The notes under the pieces: model-generated
Database searches by the model: none
Told to the model about the DNA's origin: nothing
The model's input: the letters and a program-made list of their open reading frames with translations, nothing else
Assembly: GCF_025526975.1 (NCBI RefSeq)
Contig: NW_026515672.1
Location: 1,178,001 to 1,222,081 of the forward strand
Reading direction: 5' to 3'
From: Fimicolochytrium jonesii
Taxonomy: Eukaryota
Length of the DNA stretch: 44,081 nt
Program-made: the position numbers and the translations under genes
Part shown: positions 32,950 through 43,907 of the stretch, piece by piece
Numbering within the stretch: the stretch's first letter is position 1
Layout: each line of letters starts with the position of its first letter

Positions 32950-34250
32950 GTCCCGCGCTTGGTCAGAGAAACAAGTGCGGTTCGCCTCTTGCTCCTAGCG
33001 ACGATCCGTGCGACGGTATGCCCTCTGCACTTGGCAACGATGGCATTGCCGAGTATGAACCGCCATCACGCACCGTAGTTGACTGGAACAAGGGGACCAC
33101 GACCAGAATTCCGGCCGGCAGGCGCTTCCTACAGGAATCCGATGTTGTTGGACTGGCCCCGTTGGAGGTCATGAATCTAGTCCAAGGATTCTGGCTCTGA
33201 AAAGGTCGGTGGATGATGGAGTCCTGGACCTGATGCTCTTTGCGTTGAGCCATACGGAGCTTTATGAGACATACGAAGGAATTGCTCATAGTAAGTAAAA
33301 CCTTGCATTTGAAACTTCCAGTGCCGTTATCCAAACGGTTTCACTTAATCTGACCACACCTACTTACAGTAGGCTGCCAGATATCTGGTTACGACGCCCC
33401 AAGGACACATCATTCAGAGCATAGCCACCGGCTCAAGTTGCCGACCCCCATGCAAATCCTTTCAGCACGACCGCTAACCCAGGGCAGGACTGACAGCTGG
33501 CCGGTGAACTTCTGGGTTGCAAAGGGAGGCTCAACAACCCGTCGTAATCAGATATCTGGCAGCCTACTGTAGAGCCATTAAGAGAATCTGTCAAAACACC
33601 TCTAAACCAAGATTTGTTCACAACATTTACAGGGACAGGCATCCGCGCATCACAAGTAGCCATGAAGCTATGACTGCCGGATTGGTGAGCTGATTTCCAA
33701 CAAGAAAACCCTGGCACTCACATGGCGGGCAGCCGGGAACGCTGGTCACGTGTTCGAAGTCAACATCTGTGCTCTGTATCCTCTCACTATGCCAACGGTG
33801 TGCTACGTTGCCCGCCATCGGGGGTATCATTCCATCACCACAACGTATCAAGGAGTGGGGCCAGACTTGGAGGTGCAATGTCTTGGCCCTAACGAACTGT
33901 TGAAGTGCAATGGTGCCAACATCTTTTCAGGCGACACAAGCATCACTCAATTGGTAGAAGATGGCTTGCCGTCTTCGATCAGCTGGCCACAGGATTGGGA
34001 ACCGCTGTAACGTCCTCAAGCATGCCTGTGACGGGAGTCAGAGGACCACAGTTGAAGAGGCACAGAAGCGATACGGACTACAGCCAGCCAGCGATCACCC
34101 ATTTGCCGCCCACCGGGTCGTAATTACCTATCAGCAGGAACTGGGGAAGTTGTAAAGTCTTGCGTCTGAGAAGGAGGCAAAGAAGCGCATGCTGTTCCAC
34201 CCATTCAATACCCGGACTAGCCCCACCACCACGGCCTCATGCAGGTTGAG
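32950..34250 (+). pseudogene. Possible decayed protein-coding remnant, family not identified
   Basis: Protein-like fragments (RRFLQESDVVGLAPLEVMNLVQGF; YHSITTTYQGVGPDLEVQCLGPNELL) broken by many stops, plus intron-like signals (GTAAGT near 33290, CTGAC..ACAG near 33350-33370). No intact model found. Confidence 0.3.
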
Positions 34251-35255
34251 AGAGATCTGTGCATTAAAGACCACATACAGCGATATATGGTGGGCATTAT
34301 ACGAGGGATCCCTCAAAACCGACCGACATCATCTTTGACCGGAGAAGACTCGAGAAGAAACAAGCCAGAGCTCGGCTCGAAAACGCAATTCCGAAGAGTG
34401 AAGTTATTACGACACTGGCCTACGCGCTCCGTGTTCTAATAAGATTGCCCGACCTCACAGCAGGCCAGGCACTGGTGCAAAACCCTTCTCAAAATGCGGA
34501 TGATCAGTACTGCCACCACCTAACCCCTTTGCCTTCGGTGAGTCGGCCTTACTATACCACGCTCCGCTCGGCAACTGCCTAACTAGTCTAACCCTAACCC
34601 GAGTTGCTTACCCGAGTTACTCGCCTTCACCGCCACCGGAATCCAATCATCCGCGTTTCCCTGCCTCATCATCTCCTGTTGGCAGCACCATCCCTAGCCT
34701 GCACAAGAAGCATCGCCGACTATTCTTCTTCTTGGTCTCCAGTATATTCGGATCAGAGAAGTCGTCATCATCCTTGAACAACCGTTTGCTCGCTTCACGC
34801 CCAAAAACCGCCCATTGTTCCTGTGCTGACCCTGCTCAAACCAAGCAAGTCCCCTCCCGGCGAATCACATCCTCCGCAGCTTTATACCTCCCCGGGGTCA
34901 TTCAAAAACTGTTCCAAACAACGTCGAGCCGAGAGCCTTCACCTACCCTTTCACATCCCCGGGTGCTGGTCCACCATCACGTCCAAGAGGAAGGTGTAGG
35001 AATTCAGAGCCATACGCGCCGCTTTCGGACGTTGCCGGCCGACAGTGAGGATAAGTGTGCAGAAACCCTGTGTGTTTGGACGAGCCAGTGGTGTTTTCCG
35101 AGCAGGTCGATGCCGGAGTGGAAGAGGGTGTCGTGCGACCCGTGAGTTGTTGGCGGTTTGAGTAAGACGCGTTTCCACCCCGTCCCAAGGCAGTCCCAAC
35201 GTCCTTCGCCCCAGCAACATCCGCGTATATAGATCGACGACTCATCCACAGCAAG

Positions 35256-37455
35256 ATGGCCACCCCGACAACGTTAGCCAACGCGTATTGCATTGTCAAG
35301 GCCTCGAAGGACGTGACCCTCGCCGAATTCCTCGCAATATGTGAGGAAAAACTCAGCAAAGACCTCGTTTATTCAAAGTCGGTGGCCGACTGGACATCCA
35401 TTCTGTGCGACGCCGTCAGGAGGAGCGGGCAGGAAGTCAAAGTAAGTACTGTGCACCAGTCTCTTAGACTTCCAGCGAAAGTTCTTGAAGCAGGGCAGCC
35501 TGCTGGGGCTCCGTGCTACCAGCAGGTGATGGGCTCCGTGCTACGCCCGGCTTTGAGATCTGTTGGTTTCGACAACTAGTCCTCCAGGACGAAAAGAACT
35601 CTTACACCGCAGCCTGCTGGGGCTCCGTGCTACCAGCAGGTGATGGGCTCCGTGCTACGTGGTGTGCGATTTTCTGTTGTTCTGAACCAACTAGCTGAAA
35701 ATTCCTTAGCGCCAAATGGGGTGCTGGTTTCCGCTGTCTGATGGCACGCTATGCTCCGTGCCTCCTACCACATCCCTATATGTGTTGAGCTTCAAATGTT
35801 CTTATTATCACAGGATCTCGGACAAGCCTCTGCCTTCCTCCTGAATCAAAAGGCGTATAAGGAAGCGCTGTCCTTAATCGACATCTACTCAGATTTCCGG
35901 GACCAATCGCACAAGATGCATGCGGGGATGTTGTCCTCTAGAATCTCATCCATGGTCAGCACGCCGGGAAAACGACCGCGGTCGGAGGAAGGGGTGTCCT
36001 TCGTATCACTAGACACACCAAAGGCGGCGCCAAAGGAGAAAGCGCACCTCGTAGTCGAATCATCGGACGACGCCGAGGGCGAGTATTTGCTGGCAGAGGA
36101 AGATCGCGAGCGGCTAGAGGTTGTTCTGAAAGCAAAACCGCAGGTATTCTAAAATATCGTCCTTTGACGAGTACCCCGCTGAATCTCATCACTTCGTTTT
36201 TGCAGGAAATGAAAATAGGGGGACTGCACGTGGATGAGCTTCTTCAAAAAGTCCAAAAATGGATCCTGAGGGGGAAAGAATCATCCAGCGAAAAGGAGAC
36301 TGCAGCCGTAGCGTGCGTATCAACTTCGGCGCTGTTGGCGTAAGTACCCTCCCATCTCATCCCTTCCCTCCATCAGAGCCACACTTTCTTGCGTGATCAT
36401 ATGACGCAATCCACCTAACATTTATAAAAAGTTCATGCCGAATCATAAGGCGGTGTGGAGGGCAGTGAGAGAAGCATTGCAGCCACGAGAGATGGATATC
36501 TCTGCAGACACGTCGCCGTTTTCCTCGTATATGAAAGAAATGCGCGATTCCAAGTATCGGAACGAAATTTGGTTCCCTGCGGCACCCACAGACGTGAACG
36601 AGATAAAGCGGGTTAAAATCTTAAGCAACATGTAAGTGGAGAAACAGGATGTTACCGAAGCCGTCAGGAACGCCAGGAACCCCCGCTGACCCCCTTGCCG
36701 TAGATCTAACATGCTTGACGTCGAAGAGAAAGCGCCGATGACTGAAGCGACCTGGATCGCATATCATATCTGGCCGCTCTTCGGAGTGTCGTTTGATTCG
36801 GAGATAACAGTAACGTTGTAAGCATGGCCTCCCCGTGCATCACTCTTACTGCCCCTATTGAAACTCCGTTCAGGGATCATTGCAGCTCCGGTCGCACGCG
36901 CAAACGACCAGATCTAGTCTATTCTTTCCAGGATCGGGGTCAAACCCGCGTTCTGCTTATCGCCGAGATCAAGACGCCTTACGCGGCTCCATCACAACGA
37001 AACAAAGAGTTGGCACGTTTGGTAAGGCGCGGCCTAGAGAGCCTGAAGCAGGACACCATCTCATTTGATCACGGGGGCCACCTCCCCAACGGTGTTCTTG
37101 GCACGCTTTGATGGTGAGCGAGCGTCAGAAGCATAATGGGTTGAAGAGGATTTGCTGCGTTCTGACTCTTCTATATTCAGGCTTAGTTTGCACGATTTTC
37201 GAGTTGACCCTTGGGAAAGGGATATTCCTCTGCCATGAGATTGGTGTTTTCTCCTTGGCTACGCAAGTGTCGGCGGATCAGGAGACAACTGTTCTACGTG
37301 CGATGTTGATGGCCGAGAAGTTGATTACGAAAGCAACCAGGCTGAAGGCCGCTTATGCGAGTCATAAGCTTAGGCGATCGGACGACGTGGGCTCATTCTT
37401 CGCGCCTAGCACCCCCGCGAAAGTGGAGTCGGTGAAGCGCACTCGCAAACGTTGA
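35256..37455 (+). pseudogene. Disabled multi-exon gene with a C-terminal PD-(D/E)XK restriction-endonuclease-fold domain
   Basis: Spliced MTEATWIAYHIWPLF..SSGRTRKRPDLVYSF..LLIAEIKTP..KELARLVRRGLESLK. In-frame TGA at 36402-36404, and a frame break/TGA at 37109-37111 just before an intron that would otherwise give D-G-LVCTIFEL. Confidence 0.7.
35495..35659. repeat. Two identical 51-bp direct repeats, each with an internal hairpin and sub-repeat, 63 bp apart
   Basis: GCAGCCTGCTGGGGCTCCGTGCTACCAGCAGGTGATGGGCTCCGTGCTACG at 35495-35545 and 35609-35659. Confidence 0.95.
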
Positions 37456-37877
37456 GCTTTCCAGGGCGCCGGTCGCACTACCAAAACGTCAGCATGCTTT
37501 GGACTTGGATCTGGGGAGGTATTTTTGGGGCCGATGTTTGGGCTCGATTTGCGGACGACGGTTTACGATGCACATTAGTTGCGGAGGAATGTTCCACGTA
37601 GAGTCATAGTAGGTTATTTGATAAAGATCGGTTTCTCCGTACGTCGTACATATGTAATTAGACAGTACTGTACAAGTTTTTCGAGGTCGCGAATAGATAC
37701 GGTTTCTGTGCTTCCTCAGAATTGGAATGATGTTGGCTGGGGACACTAACCCGTTACTAACGGCGTCACGCTCGCTGAATCTCCGCCCTCGCACTTCTCG
37801 CAGCATTCGAGTTTGAAATCCGTCTCCAAGAAACGACGACGACAGCCGCAACCCCCACAGCAACAGAGCCCCCCCAG

Positions 37878-39025
37878 ATGACCACTCTCTCCACCCCGCT
37901 CGACCAACTCCCCATTGATTGTATTCTGCTCATTATCGACTGTAAGATTCCAATAACTTTGATTTCAAGAATCGAAATTCTTGGCTAGGTTTCCGACGGG
38001 TATTGACATTGAATTTTAATTCCTAAATCACAGGGCTCACCCTCCCCGCCATCTCAAACCTCTCCCTGACCGCCAAAACATTCCACACCCTCACCCGCAC
38101 GAACGCCGGCCGCATCTACGCCTCACTGGTCAGCCACTCCCTCCCGCGCCCACTCAAACTCTGCTACGATTCCGCCAAGGGCGAGCTGCCGTTCAGGCGG
38201 GACGATATCCTCGTCGAGAGCCGGTTGTTCGCCAAAGCGCGGGCTGCGACCGCAACGGGGAAGAATGGCAAGCTGAACAAGTCGTGGGCGGATGGACGCG
38301 GCGGGGAGGGCGAGTGGATGGGCGAAGGCGGGTGGAATGCGGCGCTGTATCATTTCTTGAGACGGAGGGAGCGGTTGGTCGTTACGGGGGAGAAGAGTGC
38401 GGTTGTGGAGAGGTTGGCGGGTGATCCGAGGGCTGCGAGGCATCTGCTGGAGAATGGGGTGAGGATGGGCACGGTTGATCCGGACGATCCGGGCGTGATG
38501 GCTGTGTGTGGCGGGCATGTGCCGTTGAGTCGGAGTAGCAGTACGGGGAGCGGTATCAGCGTTGAGGGTGTGGCGCCTGCTCATGGACACTCTGCTACAT
38601 CGTCCACCATCTCACCACCACCGGCAGCTTCGTCCGCCCCACCCCTCAACCCAAGCAAACCCCCAACCCACCTAACCCCAATATTACAAACCGAATCGCT
38701 CCGCGCCAACCTCCTCCTCCACTCCGCCGTTGAAACTCTCAGGCTCTTTGGCTGCGCGGCCACAAAAGCCTCCAAATCCTCCCCCGGTCACTCCTTCATC
38801 GCCTGCAAATACGTCCCCTGGATCCTCGCCGAGCTGCACACCGCCGAGCTACGAGTCGTCATGTGGGCTGTCCTCAACCTGGGAGGATTGAGCTTTACGG
38901 AACCGAGTCGGAGGTGGAGACATGATGCGATGGGGTTTGAGGTTGCCGATTTTGAGAGGGTCTATTTGCGGCCGTTTTTGAAGAAGGCGCTTGCTGATAG
39001 GGGCGATTTTTGGGATGAAGTGTGA
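37878..39025 (+). CDS. F-box domain protein (exons 37878-37941, 38034-39025)
   Basis: Spliced N-terminus PLDQLPIDCILLIIDWLTLPAISNLSLTAKTFHTL fits the F-box pattern; the phase-1 GT-AG intron joins in frame with ORF 38225-39025. Confidence 0.8.
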
Positions 39026-39833
39026 CATTTTGGGAGGAGAATCCGGGAGGATGAAACGGCTGTTGGGGCAGGTGTGGTGGGACGTGGGACAAATCGACCG
39101 GTGGGGTCGTTGTTGCTTTTTGGCCTGTATCTTTTTCCGTACTTTTTGTTCACTAGTGTCTGCTCTTGCCCGCAATTTTCGACATGTATACCCATATAAT
39201 CCTATCCATTAGGGAACTGGTGAACAATTATGAACCAAAGGCGTTGGATGGACCTGGGCACTGCTGAGAAGAGCCTTCCTTTTTTTTTCAAATTTACCCC
39301 GAGGGTTCAGGGTCCTGATGGGATTTTGCACACAACGACGCGAATGTGGACAATGATAGCACATCCCACTGATGCCGGAATGTGTACTAAGCTTTACGGT
39401 GCTGTGTTTAGATGGAAGCACGAGTGTGGTGAATAGCCCAGGACATTCACCCCGCAGAACTGGCGTCGGCCCGTCATATCCGCCCGCAACAGGATGATGA
39501 CAGAACAGACTTTGACGACGTTTTGTGGGAGCAGAAACATCCAAATGGGCGGGCAAGAGACCCTAGTTCCATCAAAATATGACTATATTATTACGCAAAT
39601 GGAGGCGCCATTATATATATTTTTCCAACCGGTGGGGCACTCGTGGCAATGTCCAGCGCTGCCATCGAGTATGGGGATCGATACACCGAGTGGGCTATCT
39701 GTCTGTCTGCTCTCATGGGGTGTTTGACTAGTTGGTCGCGGGAGGACAGCATGGTGGCGGGACGGCAGGAACCGCGGCTCCTGCGCCCGTCGTCGTCGGT
39801 ATTCCATCTGCGCGAATGATCGATAGCAGTTGA

Positions 39834-40348
39834 CTATATAGAGTTCTGCAAAGAAAAGAAAAAAAAAAGTTCAGTAAACCACGCCCTTCCTGGCACATAA
39901 CGTCCTCTCCCGTTTTCCAACTCACGTTATTCATCCCACACTTCCGACACTTCTCCTGGTTGCCCGGCGGACAACAGCAGAAGTTGAACGGACAGAAGAA
40001 GATACACAACACCCAGTCCATCGCGGTCCAATCGCCCGTCTTTACAAAGTCATGCTGGCAGCCCGCGGAGACGTAGATAATCTGCTGCGGGGGGAGGGGC
40101 GTGCCGTCGGCGGCGTAGGCGGGTTGTTGCGGTGGGTAGGCGGCGGGTTGGGCGTAGACGATGGGTTGGCCGGTGGGGGCGTAGGGTTGTTGTTGGGGTG
40201 GGTATTGCTGCATCTGCATGGCGGGGTGCGCGGCGTAGGCGGTGGTGGGATGGGCGGGGTGGGCGGCGGCGGGTTGGTACTGGGGGGGAGCCTGCTGTTG
40301 CGGGTAGCCCTGCTGTTGCATTGAGTAGGATTGCTTTTCGGCGGACAT
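39834..40348 (-). CDS. Small Pro/Gln/Tyr-rich protein with Cys-rich membrane segment, BRI3/LITAF-like (exons 40348-39926, 39845-39834)
   Basis: QQQGYPQQQAPPQY.. N-terminus followed by GCQHDF..WVLCIFFCPFNFCCCPPGNQEKCRKCG; GTGAGT donor after GMNN and polypyrimidine-CAG acceptor give NSI*. Confidence 0.75.
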
Positions 40349-41098
40349 GGTGGTGCTGAATGGGAGGTGTGAAATGCGGTATGTTCTGGGACGGTGAGGG
40401 GATTTCTCTGCGTGTCAGGGGGTTATATATGTGGGCGCCGCTGGACAAGCCAAGTCTCTGCAAGCAGCAAGGAGACAATTTAACCCCGCCGCCCAACGGT
40501 CCCTTTTTCACGTTAGTAGATATGCCTGGTGGGGCGAAAAGTCTCCTTCCGTGGAGAAGCGGGTCTTCGCCGTCAAAATGCTCAAATTTGGAGGCTCCGA
40601 TGGGGATTTTTCGCGTCAAACTGCCCGAGGGGATTTCCACGTGTGCTGATCCCTCATCAACCGGTGCGGCGTGCCGCTCTTACGGGGCCGTATGGGGCGC
40701 AGTCAAGGGGCAACTTTTATGGTAAGAGTTCCAGATCCAGGCTGTTCGACAGCGTGTGTCCGCTACCCCCACCGAATATGGCGCCCAGTAGAGAAAGGGC
40801 GCTCCCATCAACTCCATTCACACCATCCCTACCCCCCTCGGCATTAGCCATTAGCCATTAGCAGTCATTAGCTCTCGCTCCAAAGAGATAGACGGGAAGA
40901 GGGAGGGGGGGGGGGGGGGGATGGGGAGCTGTATGTATTTATATCTTCGCTCGAGTGAAAGAAAAGAAGCTTTAGTAAGCACAACCTCTCCTCATCCATT
41001 GAACTCATGAACTACGTTCCTCGTCCAGAGCATAATCCTGACCCGTACCCTAATGCTTGTTGACGTTTCCGAGCTTTGCGTTTTTTAACTTCGATCAG

Positions 41099-43047
41099 CA
41101 TTGTGAGAGCTGAAGAGGTACGTAATGGAGGCAGTCATACTACTTACATTTCATGTCGTGAGGATTCAGGAACCACTTCCTATCCTGCTTGGCAGAGACT
41201 TCTCCCAGCGCTTCGCCATAGGCAGAGGAACGTTCATCCCCGTTTTCATACTGTGCATGATGACTTCCGGCGTCCAAGTATACGTTTCTCCATCACTGGG
41301 GTGAGACAGCTGGTGTTCTTCAGACTTGTAAGCCCTGAGTATCTGATACAGTGCCATCTGTGCAGCCATCGTGTCACCGGAATAAGTGAACCAAGGTTGC
41401 GCATAGACGTTCCGTTCTGACATCGGTTGTGTGCGATGTACTGACACGCGGACCGTCTCCCGTACACAGCGTCGGTGACCTTGCCGCACAACTTGACTTG
41501 CTTTCCCTTCGACGACCGGAGACCGTTGACGTGCCGCTCAATGTTGCCCGAAGACGGGACAATCTCCCTCCGGTGCTTCCCGACTATTTCGTGGAGGAGG
41601 ACCTGGGCAAGTCTGGGCAGGCTCATCTGTGGCGGGGCGAGCATAAACCCACGCAAACAAAAGTGGCAATCAAGGTCTTACAAGCACAAAAACGTTTTGA
41701 ACATCTTTGACGTCGTCCCAGGGATCGGAATCATCGTTACGCCTTTCATGTTTCATGGTGATCTGGTCAAATACATCAGCGACTGCTTCCCTGGCCCTAT
41801 GGAACCGCGGGTGCGGGAAGCACGGCGCATGGCGCTGGGCATCGCGGAGGGACTCGCCTGGATCCACGAGAAGGGTGTCGCCCATCGCGACATGAAGCCG
41901 AGCAACGTCCTCGTCGACGATGCGGGAAACCCTGTCGTCTGCGATCTGGGTCTCGCCAAAGGGCACGAAGATAAGCTGCTGCAATACGCTCTTATGTCGG
42001 GGGCCCCTGGCCGGCTGATTGGCACTTATTGTTATCTGGCTCCTGAGATCCTTCGTGGAAGCCCCATGTTTGTGGAGCAACACGGTGAGACCAACGGGTC
42101 GCGGGTTCTGTACAGCAACGCCATTGACGCGTTCGCTTTTGCTGTCATTGTGTGGAATATGCTGTCCAAGGTGCGAGGGTAGACGAATCGCTTTGTTCAG
42201 AGGTGTCGCTAAGGGTTTTGTAGGACTGCTTTGTAGGCAGAAGCCTAGCGGCCCATATAAAATTTTCTAGCGACATTCTTGATGGGATACGCCCAGCTCA
42301 AGATCCGGAGTGGGCGATTATGGACCCTGTTTTAACGGCAGTCATGAATGCCTGCTGGAGGTCAATCCCGGGAACTCGTCCCAATATGGCCACGGTCGTG
42401 GCGGTCCTTGAAGGGAAGCTCACTGTCGCGTACCTCCGCGACGACCCCGATCGCCTGCTGGAAACTAAGAGGGCCGTCGAGGCTAGAAGGAGACAGCAAG
42501 ACGAGAATGCTGCCGCCAGAAAGTTACGAGACGAGGAGGACGCCCTAGCCAAAGAAAAACGAGACAAGGAGGACGCCTTAGCCAAGAAAAGACGCGAGGA
42601 CGCCGACGCCGCAGCCAAAAAACGACGCGACGACGCCGACGCTGAAGCCAAGAGACTGCGCGAACTCATCCAGCAACAGGAAGAGAAACGGGAGCAAGAG
42701 GAGCGACGGAGACGGCAGGATGAGTCGCGAAAAATCGAGGCTGCCAGAGCAGAGAGAGCCGCCCAGAACCCGCGCTCCATGCGACCCAGAGTATACATTG
42801 ACCTTACATGGGAAGGTGGCCTGCGTACTGGGCAGACGACAGCGGCCAGGTCAACTTTTGGGCAGAATAGTTTTGGAGGTGAGGGAACCACTTTCTCACC
42901 GTCGGTAAGCTTTCTACCTTTGCACGAACCCATTTGTCAAATATCTCTTAGCTTCGCTCGGCCTTGGTACCCAAGGCGGCGGAAAACTTCAGGTGCCTCT
43001 CCTCCAACTCTCGAAAACACAGGCAAAACTTCCGAAACTAACCTTAG
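41099..43047 (+). pseudogene. Disabled protein kinase + coiled-coil + cyclophilin fusion gene, truncated at the 3' end by telomere repeats
   Basis: Kinase: LGKSGQAHLWRG..VAIKVL, then frame change at ~41681 with subdomain III missing, KHKNVL, HRDMKPSNVL, DLG, GTYCYLAPE, DAFAFAVIVW, CW..RP. Charged helical repeats at 42470-42760. Then RPRVYIDLTWEG|QLLGRIVLE|LRSALVPKAAENFR (cyclophilin N-terminus; introns 42816-42849, 42879-42951, 42993-43047). True start uncertain. Confidence 0.82.
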
Positions 43048-43245
43048 GGTTAGGGTTAGGGTTAGGGTTAGGGTTAGGGTTAGGGTTAGGGTTAGGGGTT
43101 AGGGTTAGGGTTAGGGTTAGGGTTAGGGTTAGGGTTAGGGTTAGGGTTAGGGTTAGGGTTAGGGTTAGGGTTAGGGTTAGGGTTAGGGTTAGGGTTAGGG
43201 TTAGGGTTAGGGTTAGGGTTAGGGTTAGGGTTAGGGTTAGGGTTA
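43044..43245 (+). repeat. Telomeric tract 1, about 33 x TTAGGG with one TTAGGGG variant
   Basis: Read directly; variant at 43092-43098. Confidence 0.98.
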
Positions 43246-43793
43246 CAGGACTGTTCCCGGTTATGGGTTATTTTTGGCCATCCAAAAAGTGTCAAATAAA
43301 GTTGCTAGCAATGTTCAGGGGCGTCTTACTGTACTGTACATAAAACTTTGGGGCATGTTTTCCACTCAATGCTCCCGGAAAATCTGTTTTTCAGATATTT
43401 TACTATGAAAATGTCACCAAAACGCATTTTCTGAAACTCTGAGTGGATGGAATTTGCTTAAAGTGGAGTATATCTCAGAAAACATCCTCAAAAACATCTA
43501 GGAACCATCATCTACTCTAGTATTTATCAACTCCTGGCACTTTTTGTTTCCGGGCAATATGGGGGTGTTCTGCAGTTGGCAAGTGACTCAGTTTGGTTTG
43601 CTCTCAATTTGCTACGTGTTCAAATCCTTTTGAGGCCCACATACTTTCCTTTCTTCCATTGCTCCTCCGGATGGTGGAGGATGGCAAATGCCTTTTTGCA
43701 TTGCAATATATGGATATGACAGGGTGTTTGTCAACTAGCAAATCATGCAAAAAGCATGCAGTGCATGTCCGTTTGCATGCACTATGTCATCCG
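43246..43793. mobile_element. Non-coding 548-bp insert between telomeric tracts; candidate remnant of a telomere-targeted element or telomere-associated sequence
   Basis: AT-richer and CpG-poorer than the rest of the window, flanked on both sides by TTAGGG arrays, no credible ORF, hairpin at 43744-43779. Confidence 0.4.
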
Positions 43794-43855
43794 TAGGGTT
43801 AGGGTTAGGGTTAGGGTTAGGGTTAGGGTTAGGGTTAGGGTTAGGGTTAGGGTTA
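43794..43855 (+). repeat. Telomeric tract 2, about 10 x TTAGGG
   Basis: Read directly. Confidence 0.98.
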
Positions 43856-43907
43856 CAAGACCCCCTGGGTTGGGTTTTATTATTGGGTTGCCTTGAACCC
43901 TAGGGAC

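Noticed and set aside
35495..35659. CRISPR-like repeat-spacer-repeat with palindromic repeat
   Set aside because: Only two 51-bp units, eukaryotic intron-containing context, no cas genes.
39728..39925. Unspliced 206-aa version of the BRI3-like gene
   Set aside because: A strong GTGAGT donor and poly-T/CAG acceptor indicate an intron followed by NSI*; the read-through frame is probably incidental.
40842..40872. CATTAGC x4 microrepeat (also TGAAGTC repeats at ~21830-21855)
   Set aside because: Short simple repeats with no evidence of function.
42993..43343. ORFs with (LG)n, (RV)n and (PN)n repeats
   Set aside because: Translation artefacts of (TTAGGG)n.
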